In this document: positions 13,370-27,358 of the stretch, in pieces
Layout of the letters: each line of letters begins with the position of its first letter
Numbering within the stretch: the stretch's first letter is position 1
Source: Octopus vulgaris
Taxonomy: Eukaryota
DNA length: 64,000 nt
NCBI GenBank assembly: GCA_951406725.2
Contig: OX597836.1
Coordinates: forward strand, 17,980,001 to 18,044,000
Reading direction: 5' to 3'
Made by a program: the position numbers and the translations under genes
Notes under the pieces: model-generated
What the model was told of the DNA's origin: nothing
Database searches by the model: none
The model's input: the letters and a program-made list of their open reading frames with translations, nothing else

Positions 13370-14520
13370 ATCTGAGTTCTAATTTTGCTATAGTTCATCC
13401 AGATCTTTATATAGTAAGTTCAATTTCCTCCGAGGTCGACTTTGTTTTCATCCTTTTGGGTTCAATAAAAATAAAGTACCAGCCAAGCACTGGTGGTGTT
13501 CAAATCGACATGTCTCTCTCTTGCTGGCCTTGTGACAAAATCTGAAGTTATTATGAAGGCACCGAGCTGACATAATCTCTAGTACGTCAGGCAAAATACT
13601 TAGCGGCATTTCGTCCGTATGTCAGTTCAAGTATCGCTGATGTTCACTTTGTCTTTCATCATTTCGGTGTTAATAAGATATTAGGGCTAATAAAATCGAT
13701 TAGTCCCCTCCCAAAAATTTTCAGGTCTGTTATAGAAAGGATCATTATTCTTATATAAGGAGGAGATGAGCTGGCATAATCGTTACCACATCGGATAAAA
13801 TGCATGGATGTTTTATGTTGAGTTCAAATTCCGCCGAGGTCGACTTTACATTTCATCCTCTCGGAGACGATTAAATAAACACCAGTATTAAATACCTCTG
13901 GTATTGCGAATAGATGGCTTCCAGAGGAGAAGAGTAGAAATTGCCTCGTTTTCAGCTCTACAATAATGTCCAGCAAACTGGACTCTCCTACCTTTCACAA
14001 GAGATGACACAGGTGGTAGTTTCCCATATATTTGCATTTTGGTTGGATGACCCCCTTCTCCAAAGTTTCAGGTCTTGTGCCTCTAAAACAAGCATGCGGC
14101 GAGCTGGCATGGTCATACAAGCAGGCGGCGAGCTGACTGGGTCATACAAGTAGGCGGCGAGCTGACAGGGTCATACAAGTAGGCAGGGTCATTACTGGAA
14201 TGGACAAAGTGCTTGGCAGCATTTCCTCCCTGCTTTACGTTGAGTTCAGATTCCGTCGAGGCTTTTATTTTTCATTCTTTCGTAGTAAATAAAGTAAGTA
14301 CCAGTTGAGCACTGGATCGATGTGATCGACAGGTCCCGATCTTCTAGAAGATTTCAGCCTTTGTGCCAAAAGTAGAGAGGCTCATTTAAATTGCACCGAG
14401 GTCGACTTTGCCTTATCTCTTTTCGGGATTAATGAAATAAGTACCATCTAATTACTGGGATCGATGTACGAGATTACCCATCGCCACATAATTGCAGGCC
14501 TCGTGCCAAAATTAGAAAAT
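13370..14520 (+). mobile_element. Stack of diverged SINE family B copies (interrupted by an RTE fragment)
   Basis: Repeated gaggtcgacttt..tttcatc..aagtaccag motifs near 13430, 13835, 14260 and 14400. Confidence 0.75.
13895..14053 (-). mobile_element. RTE-clade LINE fragment
   Basis: Near-identical to 20968-21125. Confidence 0.85.
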
Positions 14521-14901
14521 AATTATATATTTTCTCACTTTCTATTCCCATCGCTCTTCGACCATTATATATTAACAATGAAGCCGGGTTGCCAAGGGTA
14601 GTTGTCGGCAATCGGTTCAATAGATCGTTAGAATATAGATTTCGTTCTCAGCTAGTTATCTCTTTATCTAAATGTTCCATTTGAGAGATTTACAGCTGCT
14701 TGGTGGGGTACGAAGGTGTGGATGGTACTATGCCCTTTCAATGGTGAGAATGAGTTCGTTTCTATTGCGCTGCACTCCAAGACGTCGATTTTGTGTGTTT
14801 CACTTTCAGTTTTAAAGCGAGGCTTTTCATCATGGTGCGGCAATCAATATTTTCATCAATTCCTTAAATGTCGTCGCTTGTTCAATTCGAACAAACTTTA
14901 C

Positions 14902-14980
<79 letters not shown>

Positions 14981-15003
14981 TGTACATATATTTCATATAT
15001 ATA

Positions 15004-15037
<34 letters not shown>

Positions 15038-15053
15038 TACATATTTACGTATG

Positions 15054-15111
<58 letters not shown>

Positions 15112-15331
15112 GTTGATTTGAGTTCATCAAAAGACGGAGTATAAAGGCATTTCATATCAAATTATTGATTCCTCGCCACGTTCTTGCAGCTTCGCAAAAG
15201 TTGAAATTGAAATACAACTCGACATCATGTGGATCAACACATACACAAACACACATACACTCACAAACACATGATATATGTATGTATGCTTGTATGTATG
15301 TATATATGTATGTATGCATGTATGTATATGT

Positions 15332-15377
<46 letters not shown>

Positions 15378-15447
15378 ACTATTTATCTACCTATATATAG
15401 GCGTGAACATACACACACCCTTATACACGTACAGATATATATGCATA

Positions 15448-15524
<77 letters not shown>

Positions 15525-15650
15525 GTATGTATGTATGTATATATGTATGTATACATACACACACGCACGGACGGGCACACACATAGACATACGCCCGGAC
15601 ACACACGCACACAAAATGTATGAATGTTTGTATGTATGTATGTGTTTATA

Positions 15651-15686
<36 letters not shown>

Positions 15687-15946
15687 AATATATATTATAT
15701 ATATATATTACGCCCCTCGACGTATTTCTTGTACAGTTTTGCAATTTAATCCGTTGTTATTGCTGTTGTTGCTTTTGCTGTTGCTGTTGTTGTTGTTGTT
15801 GTTGCTGTTGATCACAAAATAGCTGGAACCGGTATTTTGCGATGTTGGTGTTATTGCTATTGTTGTTGTTGTCGAGGTTGGCGGCGGTTTTAGCATTGAC
15901 TACATTGTTCCTTCCTATTGCTTCCGCTGTTGTTATCGTTCACGTA

Positions 15947-15989
<43 letters not shown>

Positions 15990-16121
15990 TGTAGTAGTAG
16001 TAGTAGTAGTAGTAGTTGTAGTTGTAGAAGTAGTAGTAGTAGAATACGAAGTAGCAACAGCAGTAGTAGTAATAGTACTAGCAGCAGAAAAAGTTGTAGT
16101 TGTTGTAGTAGTTGTAGTGGC

Positions 16122-16168
<47 letters not shown>

Positions 16169-16820
16169 CAGCAGTTGTAGTAGTAGTAATAGTAGTAGTT
16201 GTAGAGTTGTAGGTGCAGCAGTAGTAGTAGACGTAGTAGTAGTAGTTGTAGTAGCAGCAGTAGTAGAAGAAGTAGTAGTAGTAGACGTAGTAGTAGTAGT
16301 AGTAGTAATGACTGGAGAGGTGATGTAGGTTGTAGTTGTTACAGTAGCGATGATAGTAGAACTGGATGTGGTGGTGATGGAGTAGCAAGTGATGACGGAG
16401 GTAGTTAAGGTGGTAGTGTGGTTAGCAGCAGTAACATAATGTAGGTAGTGGTAGAGATGGTGGTGTGGGATGTAGTATCGATGGTGATAGTGGTGATTGT
16501 AGTAGTAGTGGTGGTAGTGTGGTGATGATGACGATGTTGGTTGTGATGTGCTAGTTGTGGTGATGGTGGTGGTGGTGGTGGTGCTGGTGATGGTAGTGGT
16601 TGCGACGGTGGCGGTGGTGTTAGCTGTTGTGTTGGATGTGGTGGTGCTGGTGGTGTTGTTTGTTGTCGTGGTAGTAGTGTGATGGTGGTAGTGGTGTTGG
16701 ATGCGGTGGTGGTGGTGCGTGCGATGGTGGTGGTGGAGGCGTTGGTTGTATTGGGTGCAGTGATGGTGAAGATGGTGTTGTTGTTCTTGGCGGTGGTCGT
16801 TGTGATGGTGGTCATGGTTG
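15947..16820. repeat. (TAG)n grading into (GGT)/(GAT) low-complexity repeat
   Basis: Direct reading. Confidence 0.95.
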
Positions 16821-17048
16821 CCGAGATGTAATCAAGTTGTTTATTGAAATCGAATCTTTACGTCATTCATTTTGCTTAGGTCCCTAAAGTGGAGTGTGTT
16901 TGCCTGTGTGTATGTGCGTGTGTGTGTATGCGTGTGTGTGTAGCTGGGTATTTGTGTGTGTGTTTGTGTAAGTGTATGTACGCGCGTTGTGTGTAGAATG
17001 TGTGTCTGTTAAGTCCTGTGTGTATGTTTTTGTGCGTGGGGAACGTAA

Positions 17049-17100
<52 letters not shown>

Positions 17101-17277
17101 CCGTCAGAATGTGGCCTAATGTATGTATATATTTATATGTGTGAACGTTGTGTGTATGTTTTTGAGTGTGTGGATCTGCATGTGTGCTTGTGTTTATGCG
17201 TGGTGGGTAAATATGTGTATCTGTATATGTGTGGGTGAATGTGCTTATGTGTTTAGGTGTGTGTGTGCGCATGCGCG

Positions 17278-17347
<70 letters not shown>

Positions 17348-19339
17348 TGTGTGTGTGCTTGTTTGCCTCATGTGATACATATACAATTAACTGTATTGCT
17401 GGAGATACATATAATTACGTTTATAATTGTCATTTAGCTTAAAATTTTGTTCATTTCCTTTCACACCCCAACCCACGTTCTCTGTATCATTATCTGATCT
17501 TGCACTTATTTCCCCCTCATCCAACTTTCGTATCCTCTCCCTCTCTTATCTCTCTCTCTCTCCCTATCATTCTTCACATTATTTCTCTCTCTCTCCTTCT
17601 GTCTGTCTGTCTGTCTCTCTATATATATATATATATATATATCTATCTCTCTCTCTCTCTCTCTCCTCTCTCTAATCTCATCTCTCAACCATTAATCGTG
17701 CATCTGTATATTGCAATACCTTATTTCTCTCCTACACCCTTATACCATATATCTCAAGCTCTGCCTTTCCCATCTCCTATTCTCTCCCTTCCGTGAATAC
17801 CCCACCTCCGCCCCGCCTCACGGTTCTGTATATATCCGTCTCTCTCTCACGCCGGCACCTTCGGGGTACTCATCTCACTTCGGTCTATCATCCATCAGTC
17901 TCCCCACCCGTGTCTTCTGTCTCTGTCTCTTGGTAACCAATAACTATCATGATACATCATCACAATCATTTATTTTATCTTGAGCTATTCTGTTCTGGAA
18001 TCGTCTCAGAATAAGAACAAATAGTACTGGCCATGTGTATTCCTTGCAGGAGTACTAGTTTGTTGGTTGTTGTAGACTGAATAACGAGGTAATTTCTACT
18101 GAAAGAGGAGGGTGCAAACTTATCAACTTGATCTCAGGATTGGCAGCTGGCATCCAAGCTCACAGACTGTATCACAGCTGAGTAGCTTCGGTAAATGAAC
18201 AAGACTGATCTCTGGCATGTATTCTTTGAAATTACGGGTATATTTTCGACTAAATACTTTCAGCAAGCCTTGTTAATGATATAAAAAATAAAAAGTTATA
18301 ATATGAAAGTGACCTGTGTCATTCAGTTCATTATGAACATACAAGACATTCTACGTACCCGTTCACTAGTGGAATACAATGAAACTAGCCTTCATTGACA
18401 AGTCTTGAAATTATTCTCTAGTATTACCCCATATAAATATAATTGTTTGTAAAGAATCAGAAATTTAGATGCTTTGCTAATTTGTTTTTATGCGAATTCA
18501 TAACTATGAAACTTTAATAATTTTGATGAAGATAATAAAATTTTCCAATAAACAGATTTAATATGAATTGATTTTTGCAAAAATTAAATAATTAAATATG
18601 TTATATAGAAATATTACATAAATGATTAATGATATATATAATATAACAAGGAGAGTAGCATATTTGAGATGTGTAAAAATGAACAGAACGTAAATCACAC
18701 AATTTTATCTTCAAAAAATTTTTCATTAATGATGAATTTCGTAGAAGACAAATACATTTCTGAAAATTCAAAAAAAATGATTTATGAGTCGATTATATGG
18801 GGTGCATGAACCGTAAATATCCACCAACAATGAAAAGTAAAGAAAAAAGAAAAAGGCACGTTTTTATACCAGAACCTGATAATGTGACATGACAATCTCT
18901 GATCTGGAAAATCTTTTAATTATTGTAACTCAAACTTTCTATACAATTGCATTAAATACAACTCATCGTCATCGATTACTAATCACAGATCACTACACTT
19001 ACTTACTACCCACCAATACCACTTTAAATTATCAATCCACCACAACTATTGTCATACATCATTTAAACAATAATATTATTCATCAGTGTTAAGTGGTACA
19101 ATTTGATCCTTCACGGAATGCATGATCATCCAGTTTAGCAGATGCTTCATCATAACCAAAGGACTGTCATTCTTACTAATACTTAATCCCATTAATAACA
19201 CAGTATCACATATTTACTACAATATTGATATCAATTTTAATATTACTTAATCATTTGAATCATCACAAAACGATAAACAAAGTCACTGATATTGATGTCA
19301 ACTTAACTATATTTATTACAATTACCCATGAAATGAGTT

Positions 19340-19900
19340 GTTTAGTGATAATCAAATATGTGATTGATGTGATATTATGAGGATTAGTGACAGTCAAGAG
19401 TGACGGTCGAGTGTATTATTGAGTGATTGGTTTGTGATTATGCGTGTGCATTTGTGATTCAGTGATTAAATGATTGAGTGAATGAGTAGTTGAGTGATGA
19501 TCTAATATGTGATTGAGTGACCAAATATGTGATTGATGTGTTATTATGAGGATTAGTGACACTCAAGAGTGACGGTCGAGTGTATTATCGAGTGATTGGT
19601 TGATGATTAGGCGTCTGCTTGAATGACTGATTGATGATCATGCATGTGATTGAGTTGATGAGTAGTTGAGTGATGATCAAGGGTGTAATTAAATTATTGA
19701 ATGATGATCAACTGTGTGACTAAGTGATTGAGTGACTGAGTGAATGAGTTACTGATTGATAATTTAGTGTATTATTAATTGAGTTATTGAATGAGTAACG
19801 ATCAAGTGTGTGATTGAGAGACTGAAGAATTGAATTAGTATCTTAGGGATTGATTCATTGAGTTAGTGACTGAATGTGATCGATTGTATGAACGAGCGAA
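19340..19900. repeat. TGAGTGATTGA-rich minisatellite with a duplicated ~78-bp unit
   Basis: atatgtgattgatgtg.tattatgaggattagtgaca.tcaagagtgacggtcgagtgtattat.gagtgattggtt at ~19356 and ~19525. Confidence 0.8.
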
Positions 19901-20043
19901 CGAATAAGGAAAGTTTAAGTTGACAAAACTAGAATTAAAAGCATTCCATCCATCAGCATCTGCTATTTCTTTCATGAACCGACAATATCCAGGATTATGG
20001 TATCAAAACGTGCCTTTTCTTTTTTGCTTTTATCTTTTTTGTT

Positions 20044-20555
20044 GGTGGAATTCTGCTTCATGCACCCCATATAATCGCTCATAACTTAATTTTTTTTTTG
20101 AATTTTCAGAAATTTTTTGCGTATTTGTGTTCTACTTACGGGAATTCATACGATTATGAAAAAGTTCTTTGAAAAAAATTGTGTGATTTAAGGGGTATTT
20201 AGCTGTTATTTTTAGCACATCTCACGCCCACTTGCTACTCTCCTTGTTTATTTGTCATCCTGATGCATTGATGTTTTCCGATGTCTTTCTCCCAATAAAC
20301 ACATTTAATGGGCTATTTATTTTTGCGTTTTAAGCAAAAAATCCAGACTGTCCGTATTAAAGTGTTGTTTAAAAAAAAAAAATTGGAAACTTTTTTAAAA
20401 TTATTTCGAAAAATTTAAAAAGAATTTTTTCATAGTTGTATGAATTCCCGCATGGGGAATACAAATTAGCAAAAAAATTCTGAAATTTCTGAAAATTACT
20501 AAACACAAACAAGTTATGAGGATTTATATGGGGTGCTTAAAGCAGAAAGTCCGCC
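20044..20555. mobile_element. MITE-like element with ~130-bp imperfect terminal inverted repeats
   Basis: ggtggaattctgcttcatgcaccccatataa...gggaattcatacgattatgaaaaa versus tttttcatagttgtatgaattcccg...ttatatggggtgcttaaagcagaaagtccgcc. Confidence 0.6.
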
Positions 20556-20823
20556 GTTTTTTTCCCCAAGACGGTTGATATGATTGGAGGCGTTTGGCTG
20601 TAATTTCAGGCAGGTGAAACGAACATGATGAGAATCTCTGATTGTCCAGTGTTGAATAAATGAGGGAATGAATGAATAAAACGAGTCACTGGTTCAATAT
20701 TGTGCTTTGTATCTTTTACTTGTTCAAGTCATTGGACTACAACCATGCCGGAGCAACGCTTTGAAGATTTTAGTCGAAAATATCAACACCGGTAATTCTC
20801 CCAAGAGATAAGAGAGCGCGAGA

Positions 20824-21132
20824 GATCATCATCATTGTTCGACCGTGGTCGAGACAATGGAATTTACCATGCTACGCGAGACTTCACGGTCCATCATAGC
20901 ATTATGGAGGTCTTGTTGCTGGATGCCTGTATCCCTGGAGATTACATCAGGGTAGGAGAGTTTGCGCCCTCTGGTATTGCGAGTAGATGGCTTCCAGAGG
21001 AGAAGAGTAGAAATTACCTCGTTTTCAGCTCTACAACAATGTCCAGCAAACTGGACTCTCCTACCTTTCACAAGAGATGACACAGGTGGTAATTTCCCAT
21101 ATATTTGTTCTTTGGTTGGATGACGCTCCCAG
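20824..21132 (-). mobile_element. 5'-truncated RTE-clade LINE 3' end (ORF C-terminus plus (TGA)n tail)
   Basis: WERHPTKEQIYGKLPPVSSLVKGRRVQFAGHCCRAENEVISTLLLWKP...RGRKLSYPDVISRDTG...AMMDREV..* resembles the RTE C-terminal RRL.FAGH..R / GR / A.DR..W pattern; tga-repeat tail follows the stop. Confidence 0.85.
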
Positions 21133-21540
21133 AGCGAGAGATTGATAGATAGAGAGGGAGAGAGAAAGAGAATGTGTGTGTTAGTGGGGATGGAGAAATC
21201 ATAAAAAAGAACGAAGAGGAAATAGTAAATATTGAGGGGAAATGAAAGAGGAAGTGAGAGGGGTAGAAGTGAGAGAGACGGAAGTAAGAGAGACAGAAGT
21301 GAAAGACACGGAGGTGGGAGAGACTGATGGATGATAGACCGAAGTGAGAGAGACCGAAGAAAGAGATACCGGTGTGAGAGAGACGGAAATAAGAAAGACA
21401 CCCTTGAGAGAGGCGGAAGAGGCGGGGCGGAAGTGGGGTACACGGAAGGGAGAGAATAGGAAATGGGAAAGGCAGAGCTTGAAGATAATGGTAAAGGGTG
21501 AGGAAGAGAAATAAGGATTGCAATATACAGATACCGAAAT

Positions 21541-21594
<54 letters not shown>

Positions 21595-21909
21595 GATAAT
21601 TTTATAAAAGAGAGACAAAGGGTGGGAGAGAAAGAGACAGACAGACAGACAGAAGAAATGAAGAGAGAAAATGTGAAAGAGGATGAGAGGGAGAGAGAAA
21701 GAGAAAGAGAGGGAGAGGAACGAAGACGGATGATAAGTGCAAGATCAGATGTGATACAGAAAACGATGGGAGAACGGGGAGTGAAAGGAATGAACAAGAG
21801 TTACCAAACATGTCAGCTAAATGACAATTTAAACGTAATTATGTGTATACTACGACAATACAGTTAATTGTATATGTATATCACATAAAGGCAAACAAGC
21901 ACACACACA

Positions 21910-21972
<63 letters not shown>

Positions 21973-22096
21973 ACACACACACACACAAATATACATATCT
22001 GCACACCTTTTCGATTCTGTCTTTCACTAGCTTAAATTATCTCTTTCTATATTGCTCCATCTCGCTTACTTCCGATTGATGTACATACATACCTAC

Positions 22097-22158
<62 letters not shown>

Positions 22159-22366
22159 GTCTACATGTTCGTCTGTCTATCTGTCTGTCCGTTCGAACAT
22201 CCAACCACCCACCCTCCCACCCATCCTTCCAGCCAGCCAACCAGCCAGCTAGTCAGCACGCCAGCCTGGGATATATCCTTTTATTTGTCTGTCTGTCTGT
22301 CTGCCTATCCGTCTTTCCGTCCGTCCATCCACCCATTCATCCATCCATCCATCCATCCATCCATCC

Positions 22367-22415
<49 letters not shown>

Positions 22416-22577
22416 ATTTTGAAAAAAAAATTTCCCCCACCTTTTTTGTCCTCTTTCTTTCCTTTTACGATCCCTTTTGATCGAAAACCAAACCCCCTTT
22501 TTTTACCCCCAAAAGAAAAGCTCTACCTTGTAATTTGTCCTGTCTGTGTGCAGTCCTGTGTGGCTAATAAAGAAACA

Positions 22578-22625
<48 letters not shown>

Positions 22626-23122
22626 CATATCTATCCATATCCATCCATCTATCTATCCATCCATCCATCCATCTATCTATCTCTATATATCCACCTCTCA
22701 CTACCTTTCTCCTATCCATCCTTTACATCACTCCCCAAGTTACATCATTGCATCCTCACACCATACTCCAACCAACACCTCCATCACAAATTGCATTTTC
22801 GGCTCACGCTCTCCCCTAATTTACTCTTACTACTCCCATTGACTTATTACTCATTCATCTCCCCTTTAATTCTAACCAATCGTCTTCTATTTCCTCCTCC
22901 TCCTGTTCTTCCTCCTCTTCTTCCTCACTTCCCCCTCTTTCTCTCACTTCCATTATTTCCTTTACCCTTTTTTTGTTTTTCATTTGTTTCGTTCATTTCA
23001 CTTTTCTTTGTTTTCTCTTTCAATTTTTCTTTTGATACCTTTAGTTTGTGTGATTAGCTCTTTTATCTTCCTCTTCTCTGTCATTCTGTCTCTCACCACA
23101 CCCTCACACACATATACATATA

Positions 23123-23180
<58 letters not shown>

Positions 23181-23322
23181 ATCTCATTCTCACCTTCGTT
23201 AACGCGCGTCACAACTTTACATATGTATTGTTCAATCTTGTCTTTGTAATAACAACAGAGGTAGACATGTATTTGTATGTGTCATATGTATATATATATA
23301 TATATATATATAGGTACATATA

Positions 23323-23370
<48 letters not shown>

Positions 23371-23460
23371 CGCGCACACATATACATACCTACATATAAG
23401 AGTGGTCACATACATACCTACATACTACATACATGCAAGAATAAATACATACATACATAT

Positions 23461-23530
<70 letters not shown>

Positions 23531-23682
23531 GCGTATGTATGTCCATTTTTCCATCTCTGTCTATATCTACGTTAAAATTTTAACACCTTGTTCGCTAGCT
23601 TTTCATCCCCAATCACTCTATGCTTTTATCTCTCTATCGCCCCACTTCTCTCTCTCTCTCTCTCTCGTGTGCGCGATGTTTA

Positions 23683-23738
<56 letters not shown>

Positions 23739-24576
23739 CCCACACACACATATATATATATATATATATACATACAAACACACATATATATATATACATA
23801 TATGCGCGCGCATGCATACTCACATACACACACACACGCACATATATATCCTCTGTTTCACATTCGTCTCTGTTCCCGCCTGTTTCTCTCCCGGTTCCTT
23901 GCCCTTTTTATACCATTTTTACTACCTCTGCCTACCACTACACCTAGTTCCAATCACTACCTCTTTATCCCACCAATCGTTCTCTCCCCAATAACCTCTT
24001 TGCATCTTTCCCTCCCCCCTCTCTTCTGTTCTCTCTTACTCTCTCTCTCTCTCTCTCCGTCTCCCCTCTCTTTTCTTCCTCAAACTGTCTCTCTAAATCT
24101 CTAAATTCTTTTATCTCCTTCCTACATATGTTGAATTCTCTCCATAACGTTGTTCGCTACCTTCACGGATTCCACTACTCCCACCGCTCCCTCGGTTAAC
24201 GTTTCTGCCTGTCCGTCTGTCTGTCCGTCTGTCTGTCTGTCTGCCTGTCTGCCTGCCAATCTGTCGATTTGTCTGTCTGCTTCTTTGCCTGTCTCTCTCT
24301 CTTTCTTTCTCTCTCTCGTTACCGACCCCCCCCTTCAACCTGTTGCTTTTTGTCCTTCTATCCTTCTATCTTCTCTAACAAGTCTCTCTGCTCCACTGAA
24401 TGTAATGAAAACCAAGTATGAATCATTTTCAATGAATGATGAAACGCTGGGGATTGCGCTATAAGCACTTACATTCACACAACCCCGCCACACACACACA
24501 CACGCATACATGCACGCACATGCGCACACACACACATACACACGCACGCATATATATGTTTGTACATCTATTCATA

Positions 24577-24697
<121 letters not shown>

Positions 24698-24725
24698 GTA
24701 TATATATATATGTAGAGAGAGATAC

Positions 24726-24758
<33 letters not shown>

Positions 24759-24838
24759 TATATATATATAATATATTTATATATAAATATGTATATATGT
24801 ATATATATATATAAATAAATATATATATATACATGTAT

Positions 24839-24915
<77 letters not shown>

Positions 24916-25467
24916 ATATATACGTATTTGTGCGTATGTATGTGTGTATTTTTGTGCATCTATGTGTAGATGCATGTACGTAGGTATATGCTTATACCAG
25001 ATTCTGTAACGACATTAGCAATTATCACAACAATATAATAGAATAATAGAATAACAGTATACTGGTTTATCGGGGTTGGTGAACGCGTGTGTGCCTATGT
25101 ATGTATGTGCGCGTGTTTGCACGCGTGTGTGAAAGCATGTGTGCGCATGTATGTGCGTGTGTTCGTGAATGTGTGTGCGTGTGTGTGGAGGCATTGGAAA
25201 AAGTGGTGAATGGGTATTTGGGGAGTTTGGGTGGGTGGTGATGACGATCGCTTTGTTTATTGGTTCTAAAACCGTTTTAACAGAATATATCAGTGTGACG
25301 GAATGGCTGTTCTATTAAGCATATACGTTATCTTTATCAACACAGGCTTCTTACATTAATGCAATGAGAAATCGCCGAGGGAGCCTTTTACATGGACCGG
25401 CCCCTATCTAGAAATAGCACAACATAACTTCCCTCCACCAAAGCACTCTACGTCTTCTTAAAATTAG

Positions 25468-25545
25468 AACAACGAAGAATACATTATCAATACCACTGAG
25501 TCGTACACAATGGTAGAAAACACGAAATATGATGTATATAGAGAG
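25468..25545 (+). CDS. Candidate isolated internal exon (NNEEYIINTTESYTMVENTKYDVYRE), product unknown
   Basis: ttcttaaaattag| acceptor, GAG|gtaata donor, 78 nt open in phase 0-0; no homology recognised. Confidence 0.2.
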
Positions 25546-26214
25546 GTAATATGTATCCCTACCTAAACGTGGATGTTGTATTAGAGCAAAACTTAGTGCG
25601 GAAGTTACCATGAGTGAAACCCTCATATTGGCGTTCTGGTGGAAACGCACGCTTGTTTATATCGCTAGCGGGGAGATAAATCCCCGTAACTTCCGGCACT
25701 AAGACCACCTGATCACAGACTTTCGATCTTGTTTGGATTCTTCAATGTTAGACACCCGCCGGCTAGAGGCAGCATCGATTCATCTCCCCGGCCAGCGATA
25801 TATATCGATCGTTAGTTCCAGGATAGGTGCTGGTGCCACGATTAACCACTTAGCTTGTTGAAATATATATACATTGAAATATATATATGTTTTCTTATTA
25901 CCCACAAGGGGCTAAACATAGAGGGGACAAACAAAGACAGAAAGAGGGGACAAACAAAGACAGAAAGTGGGGACAAACAAAGACAGTTAAAGATTGATAT
26001 ATATATATATATATATTTCAATGTATATACTACAAGTGTGTATAGCCCTTTAGCATGTACAACATCCATATCAGTCCCAAATATTTCACCTGTATTATTT
26101 CCAAACTGGCTACATTGTATTGCTTAAAATAAGCAGTAACGTCATCTAAATCTCGAAGCTACAATATAGTGCATGATTAATTCAAATCTCAATGCTAAAA
26201 TGTTAAATGCATAT

Positions 26215-26350
26215 TTCTGTGTTCCTTTCTGTGGAAGAGCGTAGGCTTGAAACGTTAAATACTTTTTCAATTCCCGAGCGTTATAGCAATACATCTGTTT
26301 GTTTTCTATACCACCTGTCTTCGTCTTTTGTTTTTTTGCGAATTCTCCCT
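26215..26350 (+). mobile_element. Penelope-like terminal fragment (same family as 1262-1437)
   Basis: cctttctgtggaagagcgtaggcttgaaacgtt...gagcgttatagcaatacatctgtttg. Confidence 0.6.
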
Positions 26351-26369
26351 AAATACACACACACACACA

Positions 26370-26449
<80 letters not shown>

Positions 26450-26460
26450 GTGCATGTATG

Positions 26461-26501
<41 letters not shown>

Positions 26502-26856
26502 GTATATGTATATATACATACATACAGAGAGAAAGTCAAACAAACGCATACCTATAAAATATTAACGCTCAGATCATAGCAATCTGGAACAAGATTAAAG
26601 AACAACACACCACCAAAATTCCACCAAGCACACAGCACCATCTGTCCAAACCGCCCTCGTCTAACAACAGGTTCTGAAGCCTGGCTGAATTTCTCTTATC
26701 ATTACGAAAATCGATCTATTTTTCATCCTCAGTTGCAACTCAACATCAAAAATAAAAAATATAATCTCAAAGGCTTGCGATTTTTTTGCAAATGTTCGCA
26801 CGCCGTTGATCTTGGTCATTCGCCAATTTATGAGGCGCTTCTCGAGAGCGTCTTTT

Positions 26857-26968
26857 AACAGAAAGTTGTTGAATGGCTGGGCGCCTTTCGTTGACTGGGG
26901 ATCCAAATAGGCGCCAAAAAGCCTCATTACTGCTTATATATCTCCCTAATTGGTATTGTTTAACTTGA
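26857..26968 (-). mobile_element. Helitron Rep/helicase coding fragment
   Basis: QVKQYQLGRYISSNEAFWRLFGSPVNERRPAIQQLSV matches the conserved Helitron motif DE...Y..GRYISSNEA.WRIF.FPIHER.P.V..L.VH. Confidence 0.85.
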
Positions 26969-26970
26969 TA

Positions 26971-27358
26971 GTGGAGGCGCAATGGCCCAGTGGTTAGGGC
27001 AGCGGACTCGCGGTCGTAGGATCGCGGTTTCGATTCCCAGACCGGGCGTTGTGAGTGTTTATTGAGCGAAAACACCTAAAGCTCCACGAGGCTCCGGCAG
27101 GGATGGTGGTGATCCCTGTTGTACTCTTTCACCACAACTTTCTCTCACTCTTACTTCCTGTTTCTGTTGTACCTGTATTTCAAAGGGCCGGCCTTGTCAC
27201 TTTCTGTGTCACGCTGAATATCCCCGAGAACTACGTTAAGGGTACACGTGTCTGTGGAGTGCTCAGCCACTTACACGTTAATTTCACGAGCAGGCTGTTC
27301 CGTGGATCGGATCAACCGGAACCCTCGTCGTCGTAACCAACGGAGTGCTTCCACACAC
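26971..27358 (+). mobile_element. tRNA-derived SINE family C, full length with TSD
   Basis: A-box tggcccagtgg, B-box gtttcgattccc; TSD ATTGTTTAACTTGA at 26955-26968 and 27359-27372. Confidence 0.93.

Larger units (their letters stand above)
17281..21987. repeat. ~4.7-kb imperfect fold-back palindrome centred near 19330
   Basis: 17340-17930 is the reverse complement of ~21290-21900; 17990-18230 is a garbled reverse complement of the RTE at 20830-21130; 18420-18890 mirrors 19980-20540. Confidence 0.9.

Noticed and set aside
19340-19900. CRISPR-like repeat-spacer appearance
   Set aside because: Eukaryotic low-complexity minisatellite; no regular repeat/spacer lengths and no cas genes
20832-21797. 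321-aa ORF as a host gene
   Set aside because: The N-terminal two thirds is CT-rich low complexity fused by chance to an RTE C-terminus
26971-27050. tRNA gene
   Set aside because: tRNA-like head continues into a multi-copy SINE body with a TSD; no proper acceptor stem
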